From an archaeon GW2011_AR15 (GTDB taxonomy: Archaea; Nanobdellota; Nanobdellia; Woesearchaeales; GW2011-AR15), in contig CP010425.1 in the NCBI GenBank assembly GCA_000830295.1, positions 32,001-96,000 on the forward strand: a stretch of 64,000 bases of DNA, in the 5' to 3' direction. The notes under the pieces are model-generated. The model ran no database searches and had not been told where the DNA came from. It saw nothing but the letters and a program-made list of their open reading frames with translations. Of the stretch, positions 1 through 8,616 are shown piece after piece; within the stretch, counting starts at the first letter, position 1, and each line of letters starts with the position of its first letter. The position numbers were made by a program, and so were the translations under genes.

Positions 1-7
1 GTGTGGA

Positions 8-820
8 ATGGAAATGAAAGAGTTTATACTGGAGGTCGCAAAAGAGGTCGGAGAGCTGGCGATGGAATACCTTGGAAAGGCAAAAGTCTCAGACAAGGGT
101 CCGAAGGATGTTATAACTGAAGCAGACCTTGCAGTAGAGAAGCTCATAATAAAAAAAATCAGGGAGAAATACCCCGGCCACAATATTGTGGCAGAAGAGT
201 CCACGAATAAAAATTCAGGCTCAAGATACAGATGGTATATTGACCCTATAGACGGCACCCATAATTACGCGCACGGAGACCCGAATTTCGTGGTTTCAAT
301 AGGAGTGACCGAAGATGGGGAGCTGAAATATGCGTGCATAAATTTCCCGTACATGAAGGACATGTATTACGCAGAAAAAGGAAAGGGCACAGAGCTCAAC
401 GGAAAAAAAGTCCGTGTCTCAAGAGCCTCAACACCTGACAGGGCAATGATACAGCTCGGCATAAGCCCGCTGAAGGATGCAATTGATGATTCGCTGAAAT
501 TGTTCAGGTATTTCACAGTGCACTACCTTAAAGCAAGGGATTACGGGTACACTGCGGGACAGATGGCATTTGTTGCTTCAGGGAAGGCAGACGGCTATCT
601 GAAGATAGGGCAGCATCCGTGGGATGTTGCTGCAGGAATACTGATTATTGAAGAGGCAGGAGGGAAAGTGACTGATTTCAAAGGGAATAAAATAAAACTA
701 GGCGGGAAATCAGAGCTTTACAACCTGGTTGCCTCAAACGGCCTGTTACATGATCAGCTACTAAAAGAGCTTGACAGCAAAGAGCTGAAGAGCATTGATA
801 AAAATAAAACATGGTATTGA
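8..820 (+). CDS. suhB: Inositol monophosphatase family protein
   Basis: Motifs ITEAD, WYIDPIDGTHNY, WDVAAGILIIEEAGG. Confidence 0.9.
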   Translation: MEMKEFILEVAKEVGELAMEYLGKAKVSDKGPKDVITEADLAVEKLIIKKIREKYPGHNIVAEESTNKNSGSRYRWYIDPIDGTHNYAHGDPNFVVSIGVTEDGELKYACINFPYMKDMYYAEKGKGTELNGKKVRVSRASTPDRAMIQLGISPLKDAIDDSLKLFRYFTVHYLKARDYGYTAGQMAFVASGKADGYLKIGQHPWDVAAGILIIEEAGGKVTDFKGNKIKLGGKSELYNLVASNGLLHDQLLKELDSKELKSIDKNKTWY

Positions 821-825
821 GAAAA

Positions 826-967
826 AACAAGGAGATGATATGAAATGTCAAAAATAATCGGAATGAACCTTTTAAGAAAACGTTCACGAAAACAAATTAA
901 GGACTACATTGGCAAGCCAAGTAGTCCGAACAAGGAGATGATATGAAATGTCAAAAATAATCGGAAT
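826..967 (+). repeat. 39-bp perfect direct repeat (826-864 and 929-967) of the dnaK SD and first codons, flanking a 64-bp twin-hairpin insert
   Basis: AACAAGGAGATGATATGAAATGTCAAAAATAATCGGAAT occurs twice; insert has GAACCTTTTAAGAAAACGTTC and GGACTAC-A-TTGGC-AA-GCCAA-GTAGTCC (901-927). Confidence 0.95.
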
Positions 968-2846
968 AGACCTAGGAACTTCGAACAGCGCAGCCGCTGT
1001 GCTTGAGGCAGGCAGGCCAAAAATAATCCCCTCAGCAGAGGGGACAACACAGTACGGGAAATCCTTCCCGAGCGTAGTTGCCTTCACAAAAGACGGCCAG
1101 CTGCTTGTGGGAGAGCCTGCAAGAAGGCAGGTAGTGAGCAACCCCGAAAGGACAATCACAAAAGCGAAAAGAAAGATGGGAACATCCCACAAGTACAAGA
1201 TAAACGGCAAGGAATACACGCCGCAGGAAATCTCAGCTTTCATACTCCAGAAGATAAAGAAGGATGCTGAAGCTTATCTCGGAACAAAGGTTGAGAAAGC
1301 AGTAATCACTGTGCCTGCTTATTTTGACGACAACCAGAGACAGGCAACAAAGGATGCCGGAAAGATTGCAGGCCTTGATGTTGTAAGAATAATCAACGAG
1401 CCTACTGCGGCATCTCTTGCATACGGGCTTGACAAGGCAAACCATGAGCACAAGATACTTGTGTTTGATTTAGGGGGAGGAACACTTGACGTCACAATCA
1501 TGGAATTCGGCGAGGGTGTCTTTGAAGTCAAGTCAACTTCAGGAGATACGCAGCTCGGAGGAACAGATATGGATGATGCCCTGCTGAACTTCCTTGCTGA
1601 AGAGTTTGAGAAAAAAGAGGGAGTCAACCTGCTCAAGGACCCTGTTGCGACTGAAAGGCTGAAAGAAGCAGCAGAGAAGGCAAAGATAGAGCTTTCAACA
1701 GTTATGGAAACCGATATGAACCTTCCTTTCATAACAGCGACAAACAAGGGGCCGCTGCATTTCAGCAGGAAGCTGAAAAGGTCAGAGCTGGAAAAGATTA
1801 TAGACCCTATTGTAAATAGATGCAGGAAGCCTCTGGAGCAGGCAGTCAAAGATGCCGGCCTGGGCTTCGGCGAAGTTGACAAGGTCATCCTTGTAGGAGG
1901 GCCGACAAGAATGCCTGTTGTGCAGAAATTTGTCGAGGATGCAGTGGGCAAGAAAGTTGAAAGGGGGGTTGACCCTATGGAATGCGTTGCGCAGGGCGCT
2001 GCAATCCAGGCAGGTGTGCTTGCAGGAGATGTCAAGGATGTGCTGCTGCTGGACGTTACTCCGTTGAGCCTTGGAATTGAAACATTAGGCGGGGTATTTA
2101 CAAAGCTGATAGACAGGAACACCACGATCCCCACAAAAAAATCCCAGGTGTTCAGCACAGCTGCTGACAACCAACCTGCCGTAACAATCAGGGTTGGCCA
2201 GGGGGAAAGGCCCATGTTCAATGACAACAAATTGTTAGGGCAGTTTGACCTTGTCGGAATACCTCCTGCGCCAAGAGGCATACCTCAGATTGAGGTTACT
2301 TTTGACATTGACGCAAACGGCATAGTGAATGTCTCTGCAAAAGACCTCGGGACCAAGAAACAGCAGTCAATAAGGATAACTGCCTCAGAGAAACTCAGCG
2401 ATGAGGACATAGAGAGGATGAAGAAAGACGCAGAAGTCCACGCAGAAGAAGACAAGAAAAAGAAAGAAGAGATAGAAACAATCAACCAGGCAGACACTCT
2501 TGTCTATACAACTGAAAAGCTTTTTGAGGATTTCAAGGGAAAAGTCGATGACAAAAGGCTTGAAGACATCAGAAAAGATGTCGATGAGCTGAAGAAGCTT
2601 CTTGAGCCTGAAAAGAAAGACGTTGACGCAGTAAAGAAAAAGCTGGAAGAAGTCAACAAAAAGGTACAGGAAATGAGCACTGAGATGTACCAGAAGGCAG
2701 CTGCAGAGCAGCAGGCTGCTACAGAAGCATCAGCTGAATCTTCAGGGCAGCCGAAAGCAAAAGGCAGGAAAAAAGAGAAGGTTGTCGATGCCGAGGTTGT
2801 TGACGAAGAAGAGGACGAAAAAGAGAAGAAAGGCAAAAAGAGATAA
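948..2846 (+). CDS. dnaK: Molecular chaperone DnaK (Hsp70)
   Basis: [43 protein letters not shown]. Confidence 0.99.
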   Translation: MSKIIGIDLGTSNSAAAVLEAGRPKIIPSAEGTTQYGKSFPSVVAFTKDGQLLVGEPARRQVVSNPERTITKAKRKMGTSHKYKINGKEYTPQEISAFILQKIKKDAEAYLGTKVEKAVITVPAYFDDNQRQATKDAGKIAGLDVVRIINEPTAASLAYGLDKANHEHKILVFDLGGGTLDVTIMEFGEGVFEVKSTSGDTQLGGTDMDDALLNFLAEEFEKKEGVNLLKDPVATERLKEAAEKAKIELSTVMETDMNLPFITATNKGPLHFSRKLKRSELEKIIDPIVNRCRKPLEQAVKDAGLGFGEVDKVILVGGPTRMPVVQKFVEDAVGKKVERGVDPMECVAQGAAIQAGVLAGDVKDVLLLDVTPLSLGIETLGGVFTKLIDRNTTIPTKKSQVFSTAADNQPAVTIRVGQGERPMFNDNKLLGQFDLVGIPPAPRGIPQIEVTFDIDANGIVNVSAKDLGTKKQQSIRITASEKLSDEDIERMKKDAEVHAEEDKKKKEEIETINQADTLVYTTEKLFEDFKGKVDDKRLEDIRKDVDELKKLLEPEKKDVDAVKKKLEEVNKKVQEMSTEMYQKAAAEQQAATEASAESSGQPKAKGRKKEKVVDAEVVDEEEDEKEKKGKKR

Positions 2847-2907
2847 TTTTTTTATTTTCTATTTTTATTCCAAGCAGATTTTTAAATAACTCCCTTCTCC
2901 ACACTGC

Positions 2908-3507
2908 ATGAACAGATATTTCGTAGGGATTGCAGGAGGCTCCGGGAGCGGAAAGTCTACCTTGGCCTATAATCTCCAGAGCAGATACCCTCCAAGAATC
3001 GGAGTCCTGGAATTAGATGATTTCCAGAAAACAAATGAGCTGCTTTCTCTCCTTGAAGGCATGCCAAACCGTGACCATCCGAGCTCTGTGGATTTTGACA
3101 GCCTGATAAGCAGCATTAACCTGCTGAAAAACGGCGAGCCTGTTTCTCTGATGACAAAAAGCCTGCGCCTGAATCCGGGATACGCTAAAGGAGGCTGGAG
3201 GATCCCTTACACAGTCATGCCAAAAGAAATCATGCTTATTGAAGGATACTGTGCATTGTGGCATCCTGAAGTGAGGTCGTCTTTTGATTACAGCATCTTC
3301 CTTGATGCTTCTGAGGAATTGAGGGTCACAAGAAGGAGCTGGAGGACAAAATCCGACTATATTGAGAAAGTCCTGCTGCCCATGCATAACCAATACATAG
3401 AACCCGCGAAAGTGCATGCTGACTTAATTATAAATGTTGATGGGTTAGATGAGGGTTCCCTTGCATCTTTAGTTGAGGAGCATCTTAAAAGCCGGAATAT
3501 ATTATAA
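2908..3507 (+). CDS. udk: Uridine kinase family protein
   Basis: GIAGGSGSGKST P-loop, LDDF, DHP, IEG, H..YIEP.K..AD. Confidence 0.8.
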   Translation: MNRYFVGIAGGSGSGKSTLAYNLQSRYPPRIGVLELDDFQKTNELLSLLEGMPNRDHPSSVDFDSLISSINLLKNGEPVSLMTKSLRLNPGYAKGGWRIPYTVMPKEIMLIEGYCALWHPEVRSSFDYSIFLDASEELRVTRRSWRTKSDYIEKVLLPMHNQYIEPAKVHADLIINVDGLDEGSLASLVEEHLKSRNIL

Positions 3508-3552
3508 GCCATAAGGACAACATAAATAAATCCCCCAGTTTTCTTTCCCCAT

Positions 3553-4056
3553 ATGGAAGACATTCTTCTCGTGGATGAGGATGACAACATAATCGGGAAA
3601 GAAGAAAAGCTCAGCGCCCATAAATCAGGGAAATTGCACAGGGCATTCTCTGTTTTTGTGTTCAACTCAAAAAAAGAGCTTCTTATACAAAAAAGAGCAC
3701 AGGGCAAGTATCATTCAGCCGGCCTGTGGTCCAACACCTGCTGCAGCCATCCGGTTACTGAGGACACTAAAAAAGAGGCTGAAGAAAGGCTAAAAGAGGA
3801 GATGGGGTTCAGCTGTGAGCTGGAGGAATTATTCAGCTTCATATATGAAATAGAGTTTAAGAACGGGTTAAAAGAGCATGAGTTTGACCATGTCTTTAAG
3901 GGAAAATATAACGGGCCTGTAATGCCTAATATAAAAGAGGTCATGAACTATAAGTGGGTTGCTCCTGAAAAACTTCATGAAGATATTAAAAAGAACCCCG
4001 GCAGCTACACGCACTGGCTGAAGCTCTGCCTGAGCAGGGTCATTTCTTTTTCCTGA
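3553..4056 (+). CDS. idi: Isopentenyl-diphosphate delta-isomerase type 1
   Basis: [24 protein letters not shown]. Confidence 0.95.
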   Translation: MEDILLVDEDDNIIGKEEKLSAHKSGKLHRAFSVFVFNSKKELLIQKRAQGKYHSAGLWSNTCCSHPVTEDTKKEAEERLKEEMGFSCELEELFSFIYEIEFKNGLKEHEFDHVFKGKYNGPVMPNIKEVMNYKWVAPEKLHEDIKKNPGSYTHWLKLCLSRVISFS

Positions 4057-4426
4057 ACTCCAGGGCAGCGGAATTAATGCAGTACCTTTTTCCTGTCGAA
4101 ATTGGTCCGTCATCAAAAACATGGCCTAAGTGGCCACCGCATTTCCTGCAGGTGACTTCTGTCCTTACCATGCCGTGGCTTTCATCCCTCCTCAGCTCAA
4201 CAGTCTCAGGCATTGATTCAAAAAAACTCGGCCAACCGCAGCCCGAGTCGAATTTTGCATCAGAAAAAAATAATTTCTGGCCGCAGCCAGCGCAAACATA
4301 AAAGCCTTTTTCTTTATGGAGATAAAATTTTCCTGTAAAGGGAAACTCTGTCCCTTTCTCTCTAAGTATGTGATACTGCTCTTTGGTCAGCTTCTTTTTC
4401 CAGTCTTTGTCTGGCATTGCAGGCAT
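4040..4426 (-). CDS. msrB: Peptide methionine sulfoxide reductase MsrB
   Basis: [34 protein letters not shown]; start moved to internal ATG (4426 or 4417) to avoid overlap with folA. Confidence 0.95.
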   Translation of the reverse strand: MPAMPDKDWKKKLTKEQYHILREKGTEFPFTGKFYLHKEKGFYVCAGCGQKLFFSDAKFDSGCGWPSFFESMPETVELRRDESHGMVRTEVTCRKCGGHLGHVFDDGPISTGKRYCINSAALEFRKKK

Positions 4427-4448
4427 GATTAAAACATAGGCCGAGAAT

Positions 4449-4946
4449 TTATATAGTTTTTCCCTTCTTCCTCTCATAAACCCTGAAATAATAGTCATAC
4501 GGGTTCTTCTCGTTCTTTGGCCCTTTTTCTTCAGAGATAAGTTTCCACTCTTTCATGTCAAACTCAGGGAAGAAAATGTTTGCGTCAAAATTATGGTCGA
4601 TGTAAGTCATGTATAATTTACCAACAGTGGGCAGAAACTGCCTGTAGATGGATGCCCCGCCCATGATAAAAGCCTCATCATCATGCTTCAGCGTAGCAAG
4701 TGCGCCCTGTATTGAAATGAAGACCTCGCAGCCGGGGATATTCATCTTCTCAAAGCTGAGGATGATATTCCTCCTTCCCGGCAGGGGCTTGCCGAGCGAC
4801 CTGAATGTTGTAAGCCCCATGATGACAGGCTTGCCCATTGTTGTTTTCTTGAAATGCTTGAAGTCCTCAGGGATATGCCATGGTATCTGGAGATCTTTCC
4901 CAAGCTCCCTGTTTTTTCCCATTGCCCAGATCATAGAAAGTGCCAT
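4449..4946 (-). CDS. folA: Dihydrofolate reductase
   Basis: [30 protein letters not shown]; adjacent to thyA. Confidence 0.95.
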   Translation of the reverse strand: MALSMIWAMGKNRELGKDLQIPWHIPEDFKHFKKTTMGKPVIMGLTTFRSLGKPLPGRRNIILSFEKMNIPGCEVFISIQGALATLKHDDEAFIMGGASIYRQFLPTVGKLYMTYIDHNFDANIFFPEFDMKEWKLISEEKGPKNEKNPYDYYFRVYERKKGKTI

Positions 4947-4955
4947 TCTAATTAC

Positions 4956-5849
4956 CTATACTGCCACATCGCCTTTTATTGCAGGATGCGGGTCATATCC
5001 GGTGAGCTCGAAATCCTCAAACCTGAAATCAAATATTGATTTCACCTTTGGATTTATTTTCATTACGGGAAGTTTCTTCGGCTCCCTTGTAAGCTGCAAT
5101 TTCACTTGGTCAATATGGTTGAGGTAAATATGCGCATCCCCGAAGGTGTGGACAAAATCGCCCGGCTCAAGCCCGCAGACCTGTGCCACCATCATTGTCA
5201 ATAGCGCGTATGAAGCTATGTTGAAAGGCACTCCCAAGAACACATCTGCGCTTCTTTGATACAGCTGGCAGCTCAGTTTCCCGTCAACAACATAAAACTG
5301 GAATAATGTATGGCAGGGCGGCAATCCTGCCTTTGACATTTCCTCAACTTCAGGGGGGTTCCATGCTGAAACTATAAGCCTTCTTCCGTTCGGGCTCTCC
5401 CTGTCCTTCTTTACTTTCTTTATTTCATCAATAACCCACTTTATTTGGTCAACGCCGTTGAAATCCCTCCACTGCTTTCCGTAGACAGGGCCGAGCTCTC
5501 CCCATTTTTCCGCAAATTTCTCATCCTGCGCAACTTTCTCTGCAAATCCCTTTATATCTTCACCCCGGAATTCAGCACTTTCTTTATACCTTCTGTATGG
5601 CCATGCATCCCAGATATGGACATTGTTCTGCGCCAGGTATCTCAGGTTAGTGTCTCCCTGCAAAAACCACAGGAGCTCATGTATTATTCCCCTAAGATAC
5701 ACTTTTTTTGTGGTAAGAAGCGGGAATCTCTCCTGGAGGCTGAACCTCATCTGGTAGCCGAAGACGCTTATCGTGCCTGTGCCTGTCCTGTCTTCTTTCT
5801 TTACTCCGTTATCGAGGATATGCCTGGCAAGCCTGAGGTATTGTTCCAT
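4956..5849 (-). CDS. thyA: Thymidylate synthase ThyA
   Basis: [32 protein letters not shown]. Confidence 0.98.
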   Translation of the reverse strand: MEQYLRLARHILDNGVKKEDRTGTGTISVFGYQMRFSLQERFPLLTTKKVYLRGIIHELLWFLQGDTNLRYLAQNNVHIWDAWPYRRYKESAEFRGEDIKGFAEKVAQDEKFAEKWGELGPVYGKQWRDFNGVDQIKWVIDEIKKVKKDRESPNGRRLIVSAWNPPEVEEMSKAGLPPCHTLFQFYVVDGKLSCQLYQRSADVFLGVPFNIASYALLTMMVAQVCGLEPGDFVHTFGDAHIYLNHIDQVKLQLTREPKKLPVMKINPKVKSIFDFRFEDFELTGYDPHPAIKGDVAV

Positions 5850-5903
5850 TGTAATTTTTCACTTTTAATTATTTAAAAAGATTGTGACATATTCTAATAT
5901 CTG

Positions 5904-6488
5904 CTATGGCATCCACTTGGTGTCTTCCTTTCCCTGCCTGTGGCTGGCTAAACGGGCTGCTGTGAAAAGATAGTCTGAAAGCCTGTTCATGTATTTCAGG
6001 ATGTTCTTTTCTATCTCCTCTTCCCTCATCAGCCTTATTATTTGTCTCTCCGCCCTCCTGCATACGACCCTTGCCATGTGAAGCAGTGCGCTTTCTTCAG
6101 TGCCTCCTGCAAGTATAAAATTCTTCAGCACAGGAAGCTCTTCCTCATACATGTCAATAAGCCTTTCAAGCTTCTTGACCATATCCTCTGTCACCCTTGG
6201 GATCTTGTTTGCCATCGGGTTTCCGTCTATCTTTGACTGTGAAAGCACAGAGGGGTATGCGAGATTTGAGGAGATTGCGTGCAGGTCTTTCTGTATATCC
6301 ATAAGATGCGATTTAAGGTCCTCCTCTTCCAGCTTTACTATGGCAAGGCCCAAGAATGCATTGGTCTCGTCGAGCACTCCGTATGCCTCTACTCTCGTTG
6401 TATCCTTCAGTGTCCTTGAGCCGTCGCAGAGTGAAGTCTCTCCTGTATCCCCTCTTTTAGTGTAGATTTTTATCTTCCTATCTGCCAA
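5904..6488 (-). CDS. pduO: ATP:cob(I)alamin adenosyltransferase, PduO type
   Basis: KIYTKRGDTGET, AYGVLDE.N, AR.VCRRAER, NRLSDYLF. Confidence 0.93.
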   Translation of the reverse strand: MADRKIKIYTKRGDTGETSLCDGSRTLKDTTRVEAYGVLDETNAFLGLAIVKLEEEDLKSHLMDIQKDLHAISSNLAYPSVLSQSKIDGNPMANKIPRVTEDMVKKLERLIDMYEEELPVLKNFILAGGTEESALLHMARVVCRRAERQIIRLMREEEIEKNILKYMNRLSDYLFTAARLASHRQGKEDTKWMP

Positions 6489-8499
6489 TGTTTATCACCT
6501 GCTCGCTCAGGCTGCCTTCCCTGTAAACTGTTATGCCCCTGCAGCCGAGCTCATATGCCAGCAGGAAGGATTTCTTTATGTCCTCGGTGGTTGAGCTCTT
6601 TTGGAAATTTATTGTCTTTGAGATTGCATTGTCGACATGCTTCTGGAAAACTGACTGCATCTTTATGTGCCACTCAGGCTTTATGTCATAGGCAGTCACA
6701 AATATCTTCTTCATATCCTCGGGAAGCGCAAGGTTCTCAAGCGAGTTTGACTGGATTATCTTCCTTATTATATCCTCTGAGAAATCAATGCCGTGCTCTT
6801 TTGAGACTTCCTCAAGCACCTTGTTCACATGCGTTATCTCTGTGTTCCCAAGGACTTTCCTTGTATATCCGAGCGCAAAGTTGGGCTCTATCCCCGGAGA
6901 GGTGTCTGCAAGTATGCTCCTTGCTCCTGTAGGCGCGATTGCTATCAGCGAGCAGTTCCTCAGCTTTGCCTTGTTGCAGAATACGCTTTGCTTCCACATC
7001 GGGAAGACTCCTTTTTCCTCTGCCAGCTTCTCTGACTCATTCCTGGCTGTTGATGATATGAACTTCATGACCTTCTCAGCAACCGCAAGCCCCTCCTCGG
7101 AATTATAGGGAATCCTGAGTTTGTAGAGCATATCCGCAAATCCAAGCACTCCCAGCCCTATTCTTCTGTTGCCCTTGGCCATGTCCTCTATCTTTTTCAC
7201 AGGGAACCTGCCAAGGTCGACTATATTGTCCAAAAATCTTACAGAAGACCTTATGACTTTCTCGAGGTTCTTCCATCTTATCTGCTTCCTCAGCACGAAC
7301 CTTGAAAGGTTTATTGCGCCGAGGTTCCCTGCGTCATAAGGAAGCAGGAGCTGGTCTCCGCACGGGTCGGTTGTTTCTATCTTCCCCATATCTGGGAAAG
7401 GATTTCCTTCATTTATCCTGTCTATGAAAAGCACTCCGGGGTCCCCTGTCTTCCATGCCATCGTAACAATGAGGTGGAATATGTTGTTGGCATCAGCCAT
7501 CTCAATTACTTCGCCGGTTGCAGGGTTCTTTATTGCATATTCCTTCCTTTTCTTGACAGCTTCCATGAACTCGTCTGTCATCTCGACAGATATATTGAAG
7601 TTCTTTATTTCCCCCCTCTCTTTCATAGTTATGAATTCTATTATGTCAGGGTGTTCCACGCTGAGCGAGCCCATGTTGGCAGGCTTCCTGTTTCCCGGGA
7701 CAACTGTAAGGTCAGATGCATGGTCAAACAATTTTATGAATGCTATGGGCCCTGATGAAAATCCTGCTGTTGTCTCGAGCACCTGTCCTTTCGGCCTCAG
7801 CCTTGAAAATGAGAATCCTGTGCCTCCCCCCAGCCTCTGTATAAGGGCTTTGTCATAGAGTGCCCTGAAAATCCCTTTCATGCTGTCCTCAACAGGAATT
7901 ACAAAGCTGCTGTAGAGCATCCTGTTTGATGTGCCTGCATTCGCAAGTATCCTTCCTGAAGGTATAAATTCAAGCGAAGACAATATTGTAAAGAAATCTT
8001 CCTCTATCTCCTCTGTCTGCTTCTCGCTTTTCTTATATTTCTTTTCTACAGAAGCGACTGCTTTTGCTACTCTCCTGAACATCTCTTTCGGCGTTTCAAT
8101 GATATTGCTTTTCCTGTCCCTTGCCAGGTATCTGGATTTTGCTATCAGCAGCCCGTTCACGCTCAGCCTTGAGTCATCCATCCTGCCGAGTATGCTCTGT
8201 TTTAGTTTTCTTAATTCAGTCCTTTTCTGCCTGTAGAGGATGAATGCCTTTGCCATCTCAGACTGGCCGTTCTCCATAAGGACTTTCTCAACAATGTCCT
8301 GCACTTCCTCCACAGAGATGATGTGGCCGTCCTGGGCTTTCTTTTCTATCTCAAGGATGACTTTTCCGGCAATCATATCAGGGAGCTCCTGATTATCTAT
8401 ATTTACAGCCAGCATCGTCTTCTCTATTGCAGAAGAAACCTTGGCAGGGTCAAAGTCTGCTATTGTCCCGTCCCTTTTCCTTATTTTAGAAATCCCCAT
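6478..8499 (-). CDS. Class II ribonucleotide reductase paralog with N-terminal ATP cone and degenerate active site
   Basis: ATP cone KRDG...VEEVQD.VE...KAFILYR; RNR core PSGRILANAG, GGGTG, RRIGLG, AIAPTG, ISKTIN; but SSFV, TDPCGD, AGNLG replace NCFV, TNPCxE, CNLG. Confidence 0.9.
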   Translation of the reverse strand: MGISKIRKRDGTIADFDPAKVSSAIEKTMLAVNIDNQELPDMIAGKVILEIEKKAQDGHIISVEEVQDIVEKVLMENGQSEMAKAFILYRQKRTELRKLKQSILGRMDDSRLSVNGLLIAKSRYLARDRKSNIIETPKEMFRRVAKAVASVEKKYKKSEKQTEEIEEDFFTILSSLEFIPSGRILANAGTSNRMLYSSFVIPVEDSMKGIFRALYDKALIQRLGGGTGFSFSRLRPKGQVLETTAGFSSGPIAFIKLFDHASDLTVVPGNRKPANMGSLSVEHPDIIEFITMKERGEIKNFNISVEMTDEFMEAVKKRKEYAIKNPATGEVIEMADANNIFHLIVTMAWKTGDPGVLFIDRINEGNPFPDMGKIETTDPCGDQLLLPYDAGNLGAINLSRFVLRKQIRWKNLEKVIRSSVRFLDNIVDLGRFPVKKIEDMAKGNRRIGLGVLGFADMLYKLRIPYNSEEGLAVAEKVMKFISSTARNESEKLAEEKGVFPMWKQSVFCNKAKLRNCSLIAIAPTGARSILADTSPGIEPNFALGYTRKVLGNTEITHVNKVLEEVSKEHGIDFSEDIIRKIIQSNSLENLALPEDMKKIFVTAYDIKPEWHIKMQSVFQKHVDNAISKTINFQKSSTTEDIKKSFLLAYELGCRGITVYREGSLSEQVINIGR

Positions 8500-8552
8500 C
8501 TATCAGCCCCCGATATAATAAAGAAATAATAGAAGTATTTTTAAAAGTTGTT

Positions 8553-8616
8553 ATTGAAAATAAAGGCATTTTCAATTCCGAAACCCGAATCATAAAATTG
8601 GTAAGTTCGGGTTTCG
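8553..8616. repeat. Two adjacent inverted repeats between the RNR genes
   Basis: ATTGAAAAT(8553-61)/ATTTTCAAT(8568-76); CGAAACCCGAA(8579-89)/TTCGGGTTTCG(8606-16), abutting the nrdJ stop codon. Confidence 0.8.

Noticed and set aside
826-967. Repeat-spacer-repeat read as a mini CRISPR array
   Set aside because: Only two copies, the repeat is the dnaK start itself, and there are no cas genes.
1319-2281. 320-aa antisense ORF (and many similar ones, e.g. 9908-10645, 33775-34374, 57254-57922)
   Set aside because: These lie opposite genes on the other strand, are mostly Ser/Phe-rich mirror translations, and show no motifs.
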